Source of the DNA: an uncultured Streptococcus sp.
GTDB taxonomy: Bacteria > Bacillota > Bacilli > Lactobacillales > Aerococcaceae
NCBI GenBank assembly: GCA_963521405.1
Contig: CAUQUY010000001.1
Coordinates: 58,938-122,937 of the forward strand
Length of the DNA: 64,000 bases
Reading direction: 5' to 3'
The stretch's first letter is position 1. Each line of letters begins with the position of its first letter. A model generated the notes under the pieces. It worked only from the letters and a program-made list of their open reading frames with translations, had not been told where the DNA came from and searched no databases. Shown piece by piece: positions 1 to 9,026 of this stretch. The position numbers were made by a program, and so were the translations under genes.

Positions 1-134
1 CCCTTCATTAGGTTAATCGCACGAGTTCCTTTAATAATGACTAAAATATTATAGAGTATATACCACACAATCAGAATATCAATCAGATTGCGAAAACTCC
101 CCCATGAAAATAAACTGTTCCAATTTATTTGCAT
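1..134 (-). CDS. cdaA: diadenylate cyclase CdaA, N-terminal fragment (gene runs off the left edge)
   Basis: Reverse-strand ATG at 134-132 with a GAGAGG RBS upstream. The translation MQINWNSLFSWGSFRNLIDILIVWYILYNILVIIKGTRAINLMKG matches the conserved N-terminal membrane region of CdaA/DacA (DILxVWYxxY...GT+AxxLxKG). Confidence 0.75.
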   Translation of the reverse strand, partial: MQINWNSLFSWGSFRNLIDILIVWYILYNILVIIKGTRAINLMK

Positions 135-247
135 AAAGTTAACCTCTCTTCCACCAATATGTACCTTTCTATTATAGCACAGATAGGCCCTAAACTAAAA
201 AGTGCACCTTTGAACTGACAAAGAAATTTGAAACTCCATTAAGCCAT

Positions 248-280
248 AAAAAAACGCCTTGCTCACTAAGCAAGACGCTT
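248..280 (-). terminator. rho-independent terminator after the SdpI-like gene
   Basis: The reverse strand reads GCGTCTTGCTTAGTGAGCAAGGCG followed by TTTTTTT. Confidence 0.7.
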
Positions 281-286
281 TAAATC

Positions 287-940
287 TTATGCTGCTTCAA
301 TATTTGCAATGTAGTAAGAATAACCACCCGTCACTGCGATTAAGATAATCATAATCATCGTTGCGACAAGGATGGCAACATTATTTCCCATGAAGATTCC
401 TGTAAGCATCATAAGGATACCTGCCACTACAGAGGCAATCCCGAAGAAACGTTGCGTTTTACGGAAGGCTACGTCATTGTTTTTCAACCATGAAGCACGG
501 AATCCAAAGTGTTTTGAATTCTCTTTAATTTTTGGCGCTAGATTTCCAATAAGGATAAAGAATACCCCTAGAATAAATGTTAGGAAACGGCTCATTTGCG
601 CGCCGACTGTCATCCCGCCTAAGTATAACCAGAATTGGAAGTACGCGATGACGTTCAATAATAGTAAAAGAATCCAGCTAATCGAGCGAGCTGTTCTCAC
701 ATTTCCCCCTGTTAGTTTTGGAGATGAGCTCGCAATACGAATCCCAAACCCAAGAATCGCTACAAGGATTGGGAAAAGAAATATTGAGAATCTGCTTGCT
801 GTTGCCGTCACATTTCCCGCTATGTCCATACGCGATACAATCGTTTCAGGTAAGAACCATACCACAAAGAGTGATACAACGAGTGGTGCGAACATCAATG
901 CGAGATAGGCATATTTTTTAAATTGTTTTACTTGTTCCAT
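287..940 (-). CDS. SdpI/YhfL-family membrane protein (immunity / signal-transduction type)
   Basis: ORF track 287..976, trimmed to the ATG at 940 (MEQVKQFKK), which lies directly after the upstream gene's stop. Multi-TM protein with the SdpI-like block GNLAPKIKENSKHFGFRASW...FRKTQRF. Confidence 0.7.
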   Translation of the reverse strand: MEQVKQFKKYAYLALMFAPLVVSLFVVWFLPETIVSRMDIAGNVTATASRFSIFLFPILVAILGFGIRIASSSPKLTGGNVRTARSISWILLLLLNVIAYFQFWLYLGGMTVGAQMSRFLTFILGVFFILIGNLAPKIKENSKHFGFRASWLKNNDVAFRKTQRFFGIASVVAGILMMLTGIFMGNNVAILVATMIMIILIAVTGGYSYYIANIEAA

Positions 941-941
941 G

Positions 942-1208
942 TTATTTTCCCCCAATAATTTGATTGATCCATACAATCGCTTCGTCCAGTACGGTCAAAT
1001 TCAATTCATAATAAATAAAGTTTTTATAGCGTGTTTCGTAGATTAAATCAGCATTTTTTAGCTTTCTAAGGTGATAGGATAAGGCTTGCGGCGTCATCCC
1101 AATCATCGTGGCAAGGTCACCGGTGTTGGTCTTCCCTTTTCGCAGGATTTCCAAAATCTGGCGACGCGTTTCATCAGAAAGAGCGGCCATTACTTCGTTC
1201 ACTGCCAT
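942..1208 (-). CDS. ArsR/SdpR-family transcriptional repressor
   Basis: 88-aa winged-HTH protein (ALSDETRRQILEILRKGKTNTGDLATMIGMTPQALSYHLRKLKNADLI). Translationally coupled to the SdpI-like gene, the classic sdpR-sdpI arrangement. Confidence 0.8.
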   Translation of the reverse strand: MAVNEVMAALSDETRRQILEILRKGKTNTGDLATMIGMTPQALSYHLRKLKNADLIYETRYKNFIYYELNLTVLDEAIVWINQIIGGK

Positions 1209-1314
1209 GATTTCATCTTCTTTCTATTTAAATTTATCTTTAATTAGAGTATACTCTTGCGATTCGTAAAAAGCAATAGTTATTAAAAAATATTTTTTAA
1301 TAACTTTAGAATCA

Positions 1315-1509
1315 AAAGATGATACCTTCGGTTTCTTACGGATTTTTTCATCATCGCGGTAATGTTGTACCGGTTCAAGCCTTCATCTTTCACCTTCGAA
1401 GCTTCAAACGCGGAGTAAGGGACAATCCCTACTCCGCGTAATTCACATTCGATACCCTTTCACATTACTGCGATGATAGAATCCGTAAGTTCCTTCGGTA
1501 TCATCTTTT
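1315..1509. repeat. type-1 long-hairpin intergenic repeat (MITE-like), copy A
   Basis: The roughly 50-nt arms AAAAGATGATACCTTCGGTTTCTTACGGATTTTTTCATCATCGCGGTAATGT and ACATTACTGCGATGATAGAATCCGTAAGTTCCTTCGGTATCATCTTTT are reverse complements. The core shares GTGAATTAC-[hairpin]-GTTTGAAGCTT with the copies at 13.6, 45.9 and 57.1 kb. Confidence 0.8.
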
Positions 1510-1544
1510 ACATTCGTTCTTCTTCTGAGTGTATTTTACTACCA

Positions 1545-2414
1545 TTAAAGTGCGTCGCTTAAGCGGGCGAACTCTTCAATCGTCAGTGTTTCGGCACGTC
1601 TAGATGGGTCAATACCTGCAGCTTCTAATGCAGCGGCTAAGCTTTCTTTTGTATGGCCATTCCCAACGTAAGCTTTGGCTAAATTATTCCAGAGCGTTTT
1701 ACGACGTTGCACGAAGCTGTTTTTCACGAGCGCGAAGAATTTCGCTTCGTCTTTCACTTCCACGAGTGGGTTTTCGCGACGTTTCAATACTAAAATCGCA
1801 GAATCCACATTCGGAGCTGGATTGAAGACCGTCTTCGGCACGATAAATCCGATACTCGCTTCGCAGAAATATTGAATCGCAATCGTAAGCGATCCGTACG
1901 CCTTCGAATTTGGCTCAGCGGTCATTCGTTGTGCCACTTCTTTTTGCATCATCATCGCAAACCCATCGATTGGCAATTTCGATTCCAATAAGTTCATAAT
2001 GATTGGCGTTGTAATATAGTATGGCAAGTTGGCAACGACTAATAACGGCTCGTTGATGTCAAAATGCTCTCCGATCACTTGCTCTAAGTCGACGTCTAAA
2101 ATGTCGCTATGAACGACCGTTACATTATCGTATGGAGCCAATGTTTCATCGAGCACTGGTAACAAACGACCATCGATTTCAAACGCCAGCACTTGTTTGG
2201 CTTCTCTTGCTAGACGTTCGGTCAATGCACCAATCCCTGGTCCGATTTCAATGACGTTTGTTGTTTTATCGACTCCCGCCACTTCTAGCATACGCGTTAA
2301 AATATTCGGTTCAATCAGGAAGTTTTGCCCTAGACTCTTCTTTACCGTTAGCCCGTGACGTTCCATAATCTCGCGCGTTCTTTTCGGCGTCGCGATATCC
2401 TTTATTTCATTCAT
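1545..2414 (-). CDS. rsmA: 16S rRNA (adenine1518/1519-N6)-dimethyltransferase
   Basis: ORF track 1545..2426. KsgA motifs are present ([29 protein letters not shown]). The start at 2414 (MNEIKD, GAGGA RBS) is preferred over 2426. Confidence 0.9.
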   Translation of the reverse strand: MNEIKDIATPKRTREIMERHGLTVKKSLGQNFLIEPNILTRMLEVAGVDKTTNVIEIGPGIGALTERLAREAKQVLAFEIDGRLLPVLDETLAPYDNVTVVHSDILDVDLEQVIGEHFDINEPLLVVANLPYYITTPIIMNLLESKLPIDGFAMMMQKEVAQRMTAEPNSKAYGSLTIAIQYFCEASIGFIVPKTVFNPAPNVDSAILVLKRRENPLVEVKDEAKFFALVKNSFVQRRKTLWNNLAKAYVGNGHTKESLAAALEAAGIDPSRRAETLTIEEFARLSDAL

Positions 2415-2973
2415 GTTTGTCCTCATTTTCTAAGACAGCCTCAAGCGCCGCCCTTAATTGTTCTTCTGTAATACCAAATAATTGTAATCTTTTCGCGAAC
2501 TGTTTTCCATTCGTATGGCCAATTTTTAGAAAATCCGCCACCTTTTGACGTCTCGTTGCTGAATCGGATCGTCCGATAAACCCAAGCGCCATCAGTGTTG
2601 ATTGTGAAATCACTGGCTCTCCTGGTTCTGTTGAAATCTCATGCACCGATTCGAGCGCTCGCTGAATAGATGCGGTACTCGCGTGTTCCACCCCAAGACT
2701 CTTATGATTGTCTTTTCTGACGGCTTCTTCACGTTCGATAAAGGCATGCTTCACGCCAGGTACGCGCTCTTGGATAATATTTCGAATCCGAGTTCCTGGA
2801 TAATCAGGGTCCGTAAATACAATCACTTCACGCGTTTGTAGCGCCTTTTGAATGAGCGCAATTGTTTCTTCGTCAATCGCAGAACCGTTTGTTTCAATCG
2901 TTTCGATATCCGGATAGATTTCTCTCAATCGTCTTGTATCGTCTCGTCCTTCTACGACAATGACTGGATTCAT
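2407..2973 (-). CDS. rnmV: ribonuclease M5 (Toprim domain)
   Basis: ORF track 2407..3045, trimmed to [12 protein letters not shown] at 2973, which abuts the tatD stop. Toprim signature VVEGRDD...FTDPDYPG, and the conserved tatD-rnmV-rsmA synteny. Confidence 0.85.
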   Translation of the reverse strand: MNPVIVVEGRDDTRRLREIYPDIETIETNGSAIDEETIALIQKALQTREVIVFTDPDYPGTRIRNIIQERVPGVKHAFIEREEAVRKDNHKSLGVEHASTASIQRALESVHEISTEPGEPVISQSTLMALGFIGRSDSATRRQKVADFLKIGHTNGKQFAKRLQLFGITEEQLRAALEAVLENEDKHE

Positions 2974-3752
2974 AGCAAGCCTCTTTCTTCCATGCGGAAT
3001 AGCTTGATGGCATTTTGTGTCGTTTGAGCTGCCACTTCTTCCCAAGAAAGGCCGCGTTCTTTGGCAATCGTTTCAACCACATAGCGCGTATAGCCAGGTT
3101 CGTTTCTCTTTCCACGGTAAGGCACGGGCGCTAAATACGGCGCATCGGTTTCCACTAACATACGGTCGAATGGGACTAATTTTGCACATTCACGGACTTG
3201 CGGTGCATTTTTAAACGTCGTCACACCGCTAAAGGAAATATGCATGCCTAAATCCAAGAAACGCTTCATAAATTCCACGTCCCCATTATAACTATGCATA
3301 ATGCCCCCGATATCTTGAATGCCTTCTTCTTTTAAAATCTTGTAGCAATCTTCAGTCGCATCACGGTTATGAATCACAATCGGTAATTTCATTTCTTTAG
3401 CAATCGCGATTTGGCGACGGAACACCTTATCTTGTTCCTCGGGCGTTGAATCTTTCCAATAATAATCCAGACCCATTTCCCCCATCGCAACCACTTGTGG
3501 ATGCGTCAAGCGTTCCTGTAGCCATTCTTCGATTTCAATATTGTACTGGTAGGCTTCTGTTGGATGCCATCCGATAATCGAAACCACTTCTTTGAACTCT
3601 TCGCTAAGCTCCAGACTACGCGTAATCGTGTCCGTATCGAATCCCACCACCGCAAAGCGCGTTACGGCTAGTTCCTTTGCACGCGCGATGACTTCTTTTT
3701 CTTCACCTTCAAACGCAGATACATTTAAATGCGTATGCGTATCAAAAATCAT
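2970..3752 (-). CDS. tatD: TatD-family metal-dependent DNase/hydrolase (YabD-like)
   Basis: 260 aa with the motifs MIFDTHTHLN, GEMGLDYYW, VIHNRDA and ETDAPYLAP. Confidence 0.9.
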   Translation of the reverse strand: MIFDTHTHLNVSAFEGEEKEVIARAKELAVTRFAVVGFDTDTITRSLELSEEFKEVVSIIGWHPTEAYQYNIEIEEWLQERLTHPQVVAMGEMGLDYYWKDSTPEEQDKVFRRQIAIAKEMKLPIVIHNRDATEDCYKILKEEGIQDIGGIMHSYNGDVEFMKRFLDLGMHISFSGVTTFKNAPQVRECAKLVPFDRMLVETDAPYLAPVPYRGKRNEPGYTRYVVETIAKERGLSWEEVAAQTTQNAIKLFRMEERGLL

Positions 3753-3763
3753 AATTTCGCCTC

Positions 3764-4402
3764 TTATCTTGTTGCGCCATTTAAGAATGGGTTTGTCGCA
3801 ATTTCATCTTTTAGCGTTGTTGGTTCCCCGTGTCCTGGGAAAATCACTGTTTCAGCAGGTAATGGCAATAAATATTTATGGATGCCTTCCATTAACTCTT
3901 TATGGCTTCCGTATGGGAAATCACTACGTCCAACGCTGCCTTTAAACATCACGTCTCCACCAATAACGAATCCATTTTCTCTAAAAATAAAGATGGTTCC
4001 ACCAGGTGAGTGTCCTGGAATATGCGCTAATTCTGGTTCAAAGCTTCCGATTTTCCATTTGCCCATTTCTTTAGGGAAATAACCGTCCGCTGGCTTCACT
4101 GTAATATTTTCGCCAGAGTAGTATGAGCGGTTCAATTCAGGATCGTGTAAGAATACTTTTTCCAACTCGTTCATATACATTGGAATATTGTACTCTTCAC
4201 GAAGCGCGTCAACGGCTCCGATATGGTCTCCGTGCGCATGCGTTAACACAATCGCAACTGGCTTCAATCCTTCTTCTTTAATTAGCTCTTTAATATCCTC
4301 GGCTTGTGCACCTGGGTCAAAAATCACTGTTTCTTTATTCTCATCAATTAAAAAGTAGACATTTTCTTCTAAACGTCCTACTGGAATGCTTAATAACTCC
4401 AT
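3764..4402 (-). CDS. MBL-fold metallo-hydrolase
   Basis: ORF track 3764..4459, trimmed to MELLSIPVG at 4402 (AGGAGG RBS). Carries the THAHGDH metal motif. Confidence 0.8.
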   Translation of the reverse strand: MELLSIPVGRLEENVYFLIDENKETVIFDPGAQAEDIKELIKEEGLKPVAIVLTHAHGDHIGAVDALREEYNIPMYMNELEKVFLHDPELNRSYYSGENITVKPADGYFPKEMGKWKIGSFEPELAHIPGHSPGGTIFIFRENGFVIGGDVMFKGSVGRSDFPYGSHKELMEGIHKYLLPLPAETVIFPGHGEPTTLKDEIATNPFLNGATR

Positions 4403-4498
4403 TTGGTTTCCTCCTTTAGGTCTCTTCTTAACTCTACATAAAATAGTGAGTTCTTGCAATCAAAAAACGCCCAAGCATCGTGCTCGGACGTCTGTTGA

Positions 4499-5008
4499 TT
4501 AATCATTGATTAATTTTTTCAAATCGATGGCTTTGTTTAATGCCGTCATCAACGGAATACCCGCTAATAATACGACGATTTCACCAAAGAATGTTTCACC
4601 ATAGCTTAACCAGAATGGTAATTCTAGCGCTAAGTTCAATTCAATCGCTACTAAGAAAATCATCACACTGAAGACACCTGCTAAAACAAACATACGTGTT
4701 TTAACGTCTTTCACTGATTTGAAGATCAATGCGCTGATAGCGAATGAAACAATAGAATGTCCTAATCCGAATACTAAGTCATACCAACCTAGACCAGACG
4801 CTGACATAAATACTGAATTGACAAGTAATACACCGGCAACCACACCGATTCCGTATTTTTTGTCAAAAGCGAATAAGTGGTTTAGCATTTCTGCGATACG
4901 GAATTGAATATTTCCAAATGACATAAATGCTGTTAATGATGTTACTACCACATATAGCGCTGCGACGATTGCGTTAATAACAATCAATTTTGTTTTTTTA
5001 TTTTGCAT
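4499..5008 (-). CDS. queT: queuosine-precursor transporter QueT (ECF S-component-like)
   Basis: 169-aa multi-TM protein. The N-terminus KLIVINAIVAALYVVVTSLTAFMSFGNIQFRIAEML is typical of the QueT family. Confidence 0.75.
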   Translation of the reverse strand: MQNKKTKLIVINAIVAALYVVVTSLTAFMSFGNIQFRIAEMLNHLFAFDKKYGIGVVAGVLLVNSVFMSASGLGWYDLVFGLGHSIVSFAISALIFKSVKDVKTRMFVLAGVFSVMIFLVAIELNLALELPFWLSYGETFFGEIVVLLAGIPLMTALNKAIDLKKLIND

Positions 5009-5015
5009 GTTACTG

Positions 5016-5060
5016 CCTCCTAGTTTTTTTATTGCGGGATGGTTTCGAACCTCATCGACA
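5016..5060 (-). promoter_or_regulatory. probable preQ1-I riboswitch overlapping the queT RBS
   Basis: The reverse strand reads GAUGAGGUUCGAAACCAUCCCGCAAUAAAAAAACUAGGAGG. A small stem-loop is followed by an A-rich tail running into the SD, resembling the B. subtilis queC preQ1-I aptamer (AGAGGUUCUAGCUACACCCUCUAUAAAAAACUAAGG). The gene context (queT) fits. I could not draw the P1/P2 pairings cleanly by eye. Confidence 0.45.
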
Positions 5061-5118
5061 AAAAAATCGCCACGAGCTATTGTACTACAAACCGTTTCAG
5101 ATTGGTAGTCATAGCATT

Positions 5119-5154
5119 AAAAAATAGAGCAACTGAATGATTTTCCAGTTGCTC
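5119..5154 (-). terminator. rho-independent terminator after the sigma-factor / small-ORF unit
   Basis: The reverse strand reads GAGCAACTGGAAAATCATTCAGTTGCTC followed by TATTTTTT. Confidence 0.75.
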
Positions 5155-5163
5155 CATGCTTTC

Positions 5164-5304
5164 TTACCATTTTTCTCTTCCTACAGGTTCAAATAATGTT
5201 ACCTTTTCGGCTGTAGGTTCTCCCTCATACTCTGCAAACAAGTCTTGAATGGTTACTTCTTCATCCTTACAGTCATCCATTTCGTTCTTTTTTAAATCAT
5301 CCAT
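5164..5304 (-). CDS. 46-aa acidic protein resembling the C-terminal tail of MazE/PemI antitoxins (not in the ORF track, under 60 aa)
   Basis: ATG at 5304 with a GGAGG RBS 7 nt upstream. The translation is MDDLKKNEMDDCKDEEVTIQDLFAEYEGEPTAEKVTLFEPVGREKW. The ending ...EPVGREKW parallels the E. coli MazE C-terminus ...IDWGEPKDKEVW. Confidence 0.45.
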   Translation of the reverse strand: MDDLKKNEMDDCKDEEVTIQDLFAEYEGEPTAEKVTLFEPVGREKW

Positions 5305-5347
5305 TACTCAAACCTCCTTTTTCACCTTTATCTTACCATAAAAGCTA

Positions 5348-5908
5348 TCATCCTTCTCCAATATAGTCTTTGAATTTCTTCTTGCACCGCTTGTGAGCTC
5401 CCTTGATGGACGTGACCGATTTATCGAAATGGTCCGCCATCTCCTCAAAGGTCGCACCGTCCAATACTCCTAAAAACACATCTCTTTCAAAGCGGGAAAG
5501 GTGGTGGAAATATTCCTCCGCCTCTTCATGCAAAAGCACTTGCCGCTCGCACGAATCCACCGATGCCGAGAGTAATGCGAGTTCCGCCTTTTCTCCGCGA
5601 ACGACTAACTCGTGTGGGATAAGCCGCTGCCGGTGTTCCCTACGCAGGCACTCCACCGCTAGATTTTTCAAGCAGCGCTGGTAATAGCCGGCAAATGAGA
5701 CGGCATGATTCTCATCGTACTTATGCACCGCCCGAAGCATCATGATACGGGCTTCCTGCGCAAAATCGTCTTGATCCATTTCATGAAAAAAATAATGGTG
5801 ATGAATGCTCATAATCAATGGGTCAAAACGCCGCAATAATTCGGTGATTGCTTCCTCTTCATCCTCCTTTGCTAAATGGACAACCTCTGCTAACCCTTTG
5901 TCTTCCAT
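5348..5908 (-). CDS. sigma-70-family alternative RNA polymerase sigma factor (regions 2 and 4 only; SigH/ComX-like size)
   Basis: 186 aa. The region-2-like block is DDFAQEARIMMLRAVHKYDENHAVSFAGYYQRCLKN and the region-4 HTH is FERDVFLGVLDGATFEEMADHFDKSVTSIKGAHKRCKKK. Confidence 0.7.
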   Translation of the reverse strand: MEDKGLAEVVHLAKEDEEEAITELLRRFDPLIMSIHHHYFFHEMDQDDFAQEARIMMLRAVHKYDENHAVSFAGYYQRCLKNLAVECLRREHRQRLIPHELVVRGEKAELALLSASVDSCERQVLLHEEAEEYFHHLSRFERDVFLGVLDGATFEEMADHFDKSVTSIKGAHKRCKKKFKDYIGEG

Positions 5909-5958
5909 AATTTATCCTCCTAATTTAGTGTCAGCTCTAGTATATCCGCGTAAATACA

Positions 5959-5994
5959 CAAAAAACCTTGTCTTTCTCATAGAAAAACAAGGTT
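5959..5994 (-). terminator. rho-independent terminator downstream of the ArAE gene
   Basis: The reverse strand reads AACCTTGTTTTTCTATGAGAAAGACAAGGTT followed by TTTTGTG. Confidence 0.65.
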
Positions 5995-6075
5995 AAAGAT
6001 GAATTGTTCGAATCGTTTATTTTAAAAAGCCAACGTCGGATAAATTCCTGCCCCGTATTCAAAGAGCAATAAAGC

Positions 6076-7053
6076 CTATTCCTTTTCTCCGACCTTCTTG
6101 AAATAATGAACGCCATACGTTTGGAAGAAATCGACTTTCAATTGTACAAATCGTTTCAAATCGCGTAATAACTGATACAATTGTGCACGTTTTTCGAATT
6201 CACGACGCGTTTGTGGCAGTGGCCGTTCGCGAAATTGTTCCAACAAATCTTCAATGTCATCGATTAATTGACTCGCTGTATTTTGTTCTGCTAATTGCTG
6301 TGCGGTCTGTTTAAACATCTCCGACAGAATCGCCATCTCTTCTCCGTCCCAGCGGAACTCGTTTAAGTTAGCAGCCATGATTTCCAAGAGCTTGCTTTGA
6401 TCGCGGCGCATTTCAAAATATTGATAATCGTAAGTCACTTCTTTGGTTAAATGATTTTCCTCTTCGAGTCGTACATACGAGCGGGCCTCATTCAGTTTTT
6501 CCTTCAACAACTGAAGCACTTCGCCATCATTTTTTCCATTTCCAATCGTCAGGAATCCTGACATCTTCAAGAGAACTTCACGCATTTTATCTTCAATTTC
6601 TTCTCGGACACGTTCGATTTCTTGGCGATACGACGGCATATACCAGTTCAGTAAAATTGCCACGCCAGCCCCAATGGTGACAAGCAAGAGTTCATTGACG
6701 AAGAGGCTAAAAGTGAGTTGTTGCTGCGTCCAAAGGTGAATCACAAGGACAGTACTCGGAGCCACGCCAATATCCACTTTTAAGAGATACGCTAAAGGAA
6801 TGTAGCAAAGAAGATACAACCCGAAACTCGTCACGTCAAATCCAAAAACAGCGAATATCCCCATTCCGATTACAAGCGCCAAAACGGCTGCCGCGAGCCT
6901 TTGCCCTGTAGCCGCAAGCGAAACTTTCTTCGTATCCATGACACTGAGAATCGCAATAATGGCTGCCGCAGATGGCGTCGTTAAGTTCAGTGCCTGTGCC
7001 ACGAGTAGCGCCACAAACGCCGATACAATGACCTTTGCAATTTTAAGCTTCAT
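6076..7053 (-). CDS. aromatic acid exporter (ArAE_1 / YgaE-like) family membrane protein
   Basis: ORF track 6076..7140, trimmed to MKLKIAKVIV at 7053. An N-terminal multi-TM region is followed by a long coiled cytoplasmic tail, as in the ArAE family. Confidence 0.7.
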   Translation of the reverse strand: MKLKIAKVIVSAFVALLVAQALNLTTPSAAAIIAILSVMDTKKVSLAATGQRLAAAVLALVIGMGIFAVFGFDVTSFGLYLLCYIPLAYLLKVDIGVAPSTVLVIHLWTQQQLTFSLFVNELLLVTIGAGVAILLNWYMPSYRQEIERVREEIEDKMREVLLKMSGFLTIGNGKNDGEVLQLLKEKLNEARSYVRLEEENHLTKEVTYDYQYFEMRRDQSKLLEIMAANLNEFRWDGEEMAILSEMFKQTAQQLAEQNTASQLIDDIEDLLEQFRERPLPQTRREFEKRAQLYQLLRDLKRFVQLKVDFFQTYGVHYFKKVGEKE

Positions 7054-7582
7054 GCCTTTCTCCTTTCGACACTTTGTCTTTTTTGATGCGATGCCCCTCA
7101 AGCGTGAGTAGTGCGCGTTTTCTCTCCACGCCTCCAGCATAGCCTGTTAATGCTCCTGTTGTTGCTACGACACGGTGGCAGGGTACAAAGAGACTGATTG
7201 GATTTCTTCCGATGGCTGTCCCCACCGCACGCGAAGACGTCTTTCGCCCTCGCTTTTCGCCGACACGTTCGGCCACCTCTTTATACGTCCACACGGTTTG
7301 ATAGGGGATTTCTGTTAACACGTCCCACACGGCTTTCTGGAAGGATGTTCCTCCCACGAATGCAATCGGTACGGTCGAAACTACATCGCCTTCTCCTTGG
7401 AAATAGGCTTCAAGCGCCGTTTTCACATTCTTCCACAACGGCAACGAATCGTCCCATACAGGATTCTCCACAAAGGCACATTCGTATTTTTGTCCTTCAA
7501 ACCATAATCCCGTCAACGACTGCCCGTCACTGGATGCAATGATGGTTCCTACTGGTGTTTCTATTCTCGTTAAAACCGCCAT
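7043..7582 (-). CDS. ogt: methylated-DNA--protein-cysteine methyltransferase
   Basis: 179 aa with the active-site motif VPCHRVV and the block TYKEVAERVG...AVGTAIGRNP. Confidence 0.9.
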   Translation of the reverse strand: MAVLTRIETPVGTIIASSDGQSLTGLWFEGQKYECAFVENPVWDDSLPLWKNVKTALEAYFQGEGDVVSTVPIAFVGGTSFQKAVWDVLTEIPYQTVWTYKEVAERVGEKRGRKTSSRAVGTAIGRNPISLFVPCHRVVATTGALTGYAGGVERKRALLTLEGHRIKKDKVSKGERHEA

Positions 7583-7668
7583 GGCGCACTCCCCTCGTTT
7601 TTCATTACAAATCTATTTTTCTATTATATAATATTTTCTATCGAATGAAATAGGAAAGGAGCACTTTC

Positions 7669-8670
7669 ATGCTCATTAACGAAGCCGTTTTACATATTTT
7701 AGATAAAAATTCAGGAAACTTACTCTTATCACAGGCCCCACTACAACTGGGCGATCCATTTCTCATTGAATACATTACGAAACTCGTGGATAAAATCAAA
7801 AAAGGCGACCCGCATATCGGTCAATTAGCTTCTAGCGAACCGCTTCTTGGGTATCTGGCAGACGAAGGGATTTCCTTCTTAGAAAAGACGCAACAGTTAG
7901 CCGATAAGCTCTTTGCTCTGATTGCTCCAGCAGAAGAAATCGGAGCTGCGGACTACTTATTCTTTACAGGAACAAGCGATACAGGCGGCACCCTTTTTGG
8001 GATGATTCGCCTCGATTACAGTTCAAAAGTCACTCACTTTGTCGATTATGAAGGCGAAGCCGTTAGCAATACCATTTTACAAAATCACGCAATCTTGCCA
8101 AATGCGACGCAAAAACCTTCGGAAGCATTTATCGTAGATTTATCGAACGGAAACTACCACTTAATCGAGAAAAAAGTGGTAATCGAAGGCCAAAAGACAG
8201 CTTATTTCTCTGAAAAATTCTTAGAAATCACAGTTCCTGTCACAACGAAAGAACAAATCAAAGAAATCAAAAAAACGGTCACTCATATCGCGAAAAAACA
8301 CGACGAGGAACCGTACAAAGCGCTAGCAACGACGCAACAAGCCATCTTCCACCAACTTGAAGAACAGGACGAAATCGACGCCGCAGCCATCTTCGATAAG
8401 GTGTTCGAGGAAAAACCGCTCGCACGCGAAGCCGCACAGTTAGCCATCACCGAAGAACGCGTTCCAGAAAAAATCGCCGTAACGAACGTGCCAAAATACG
8501 AACGCAAATACAGCAAGCAAAAATTCAAACTCGACAACGGCATCGAAATTACCATTCCAAGTGAAATCTACGAAAACAAGGAAATGGTCGAATTCATCAA
8601 TAATCCAGACGGTTCTGTTTCGGTACTGATCAAAAATATCGAAAGTATTTTAAATAAATTTAATGCGTAG
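7669..8670 (+). CDS. nucleoid-associated protein (NdpA/YejK family, Firmicutes type)
   Basis: 333 aa. The N-terminus MLINEAVLHILDKNSGNLLLSQ is characteristic of this family. Confidence 0.65.
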   Translation: MLINEAVLHILDKNSGNLLLSQAPLQLGDPFLIEYITKLVDKIKKGDPHIGQLASSEPLLGYLADEGISFLEKTQQLADKLFALIAPAEEIGAADYLFFTGTSDTGGTLFGMIRLDYSSKVTHFVDYEGEAVSNTILQNHAILPNATQKPSEAFIVDLSNGNYHLIEKKVVIEGQKTAYFSEKFLEITVPVTTKEQIKEIKKTVTHIAKKHDEEPYKALATTQQAIFHQLEEQDEIDAAAIFDKVFEEKPLAREAAQLAITEERVPEKIAVTNVPKYERKYSKQKFKLDNGIEITIPSEIYENKEMVEFINNPDGSVSVLIKNIESILNKFNA

Positions 8671-8697
8671 TGCGCCCATTCTATTATTATTTCTAAT

Positions 8698-8743
8698 AAA
8701 AAAGCTTTCTACCTCAACTAATCTGAGGCAGAAAGCTTTTTGT
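8698..8743. terminator. bidirectional terminator hairpin
   Basis: AAAAAGCTTTCTACCTCA...TGAGGCAGAAAGCTTTTTG lies between convergent genes. Confidence 0.7.
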
Positions 8744-8745
8744 CA

Positions 8746-9003
8746 TTATTGTCTATTTAAAAACCAAAAAATTCCGAAATACTCCGTATAAAAATACATT
8801 CTAGTAACTGGTTTATTCGAATATAATTTAGCAAGTTTAACTAAAGCAAATGTTACTATCCAATATTGCGCTTGCATATCCTTAGAAAAAACTCCTGAAA
8901 AGAATAGTCCCATTTCTAAACAGAATTGTATCATTAAAGGTTGCCAAACTGTTCTAGATGGTAAATCCTCCCAGAGATATCGCCATAGTTTTTTTAGGAA
9001 CAT
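8746..9003 (-). CDS. hypothetical small membrane protein (85 aa)
   Basis: AT-rich ORF with hydrophobic Trp/Phe-rich segments. No family recognised. Lies immediately downstream of the secreted-protein gene. Confidence 0.45.
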   Translation of the reverse strand: MFLKKLWRYLWEDLPSRTVWQPLMIQFCLEMGLFFSGVFSKDMQAQYWIVTFALVKLAKLYSNKPVTRMYFYTEYFGIFWFLNRQ

Positions 9004-9026
9004 ATTCTTTCATCTCTTTCTTTTTT

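Noticed and set aside
1275-1306. Perfect AT palindrome AGTTATTAAAAAATATTTTTTAATAACT upstream of the sdpR-like promoter, considered as an operator
   Set aside because: It is composed purely of A and T and lies upstream of the -35, adjacent to a type-1 repeat end. It could equally be a weak terminator or a repeat remnant, so there is not enough evidence to call it.
5164-5304. The small MazE-tail-like ORF as part of a complete toxin-antitoxin module
   Set aside because: There is no MazF/PemK-like ORF in any frame on either side, and the ORF lacks the AbrB/SpoVT DNA-binding half. It is kept only as a curiosity in the findings.
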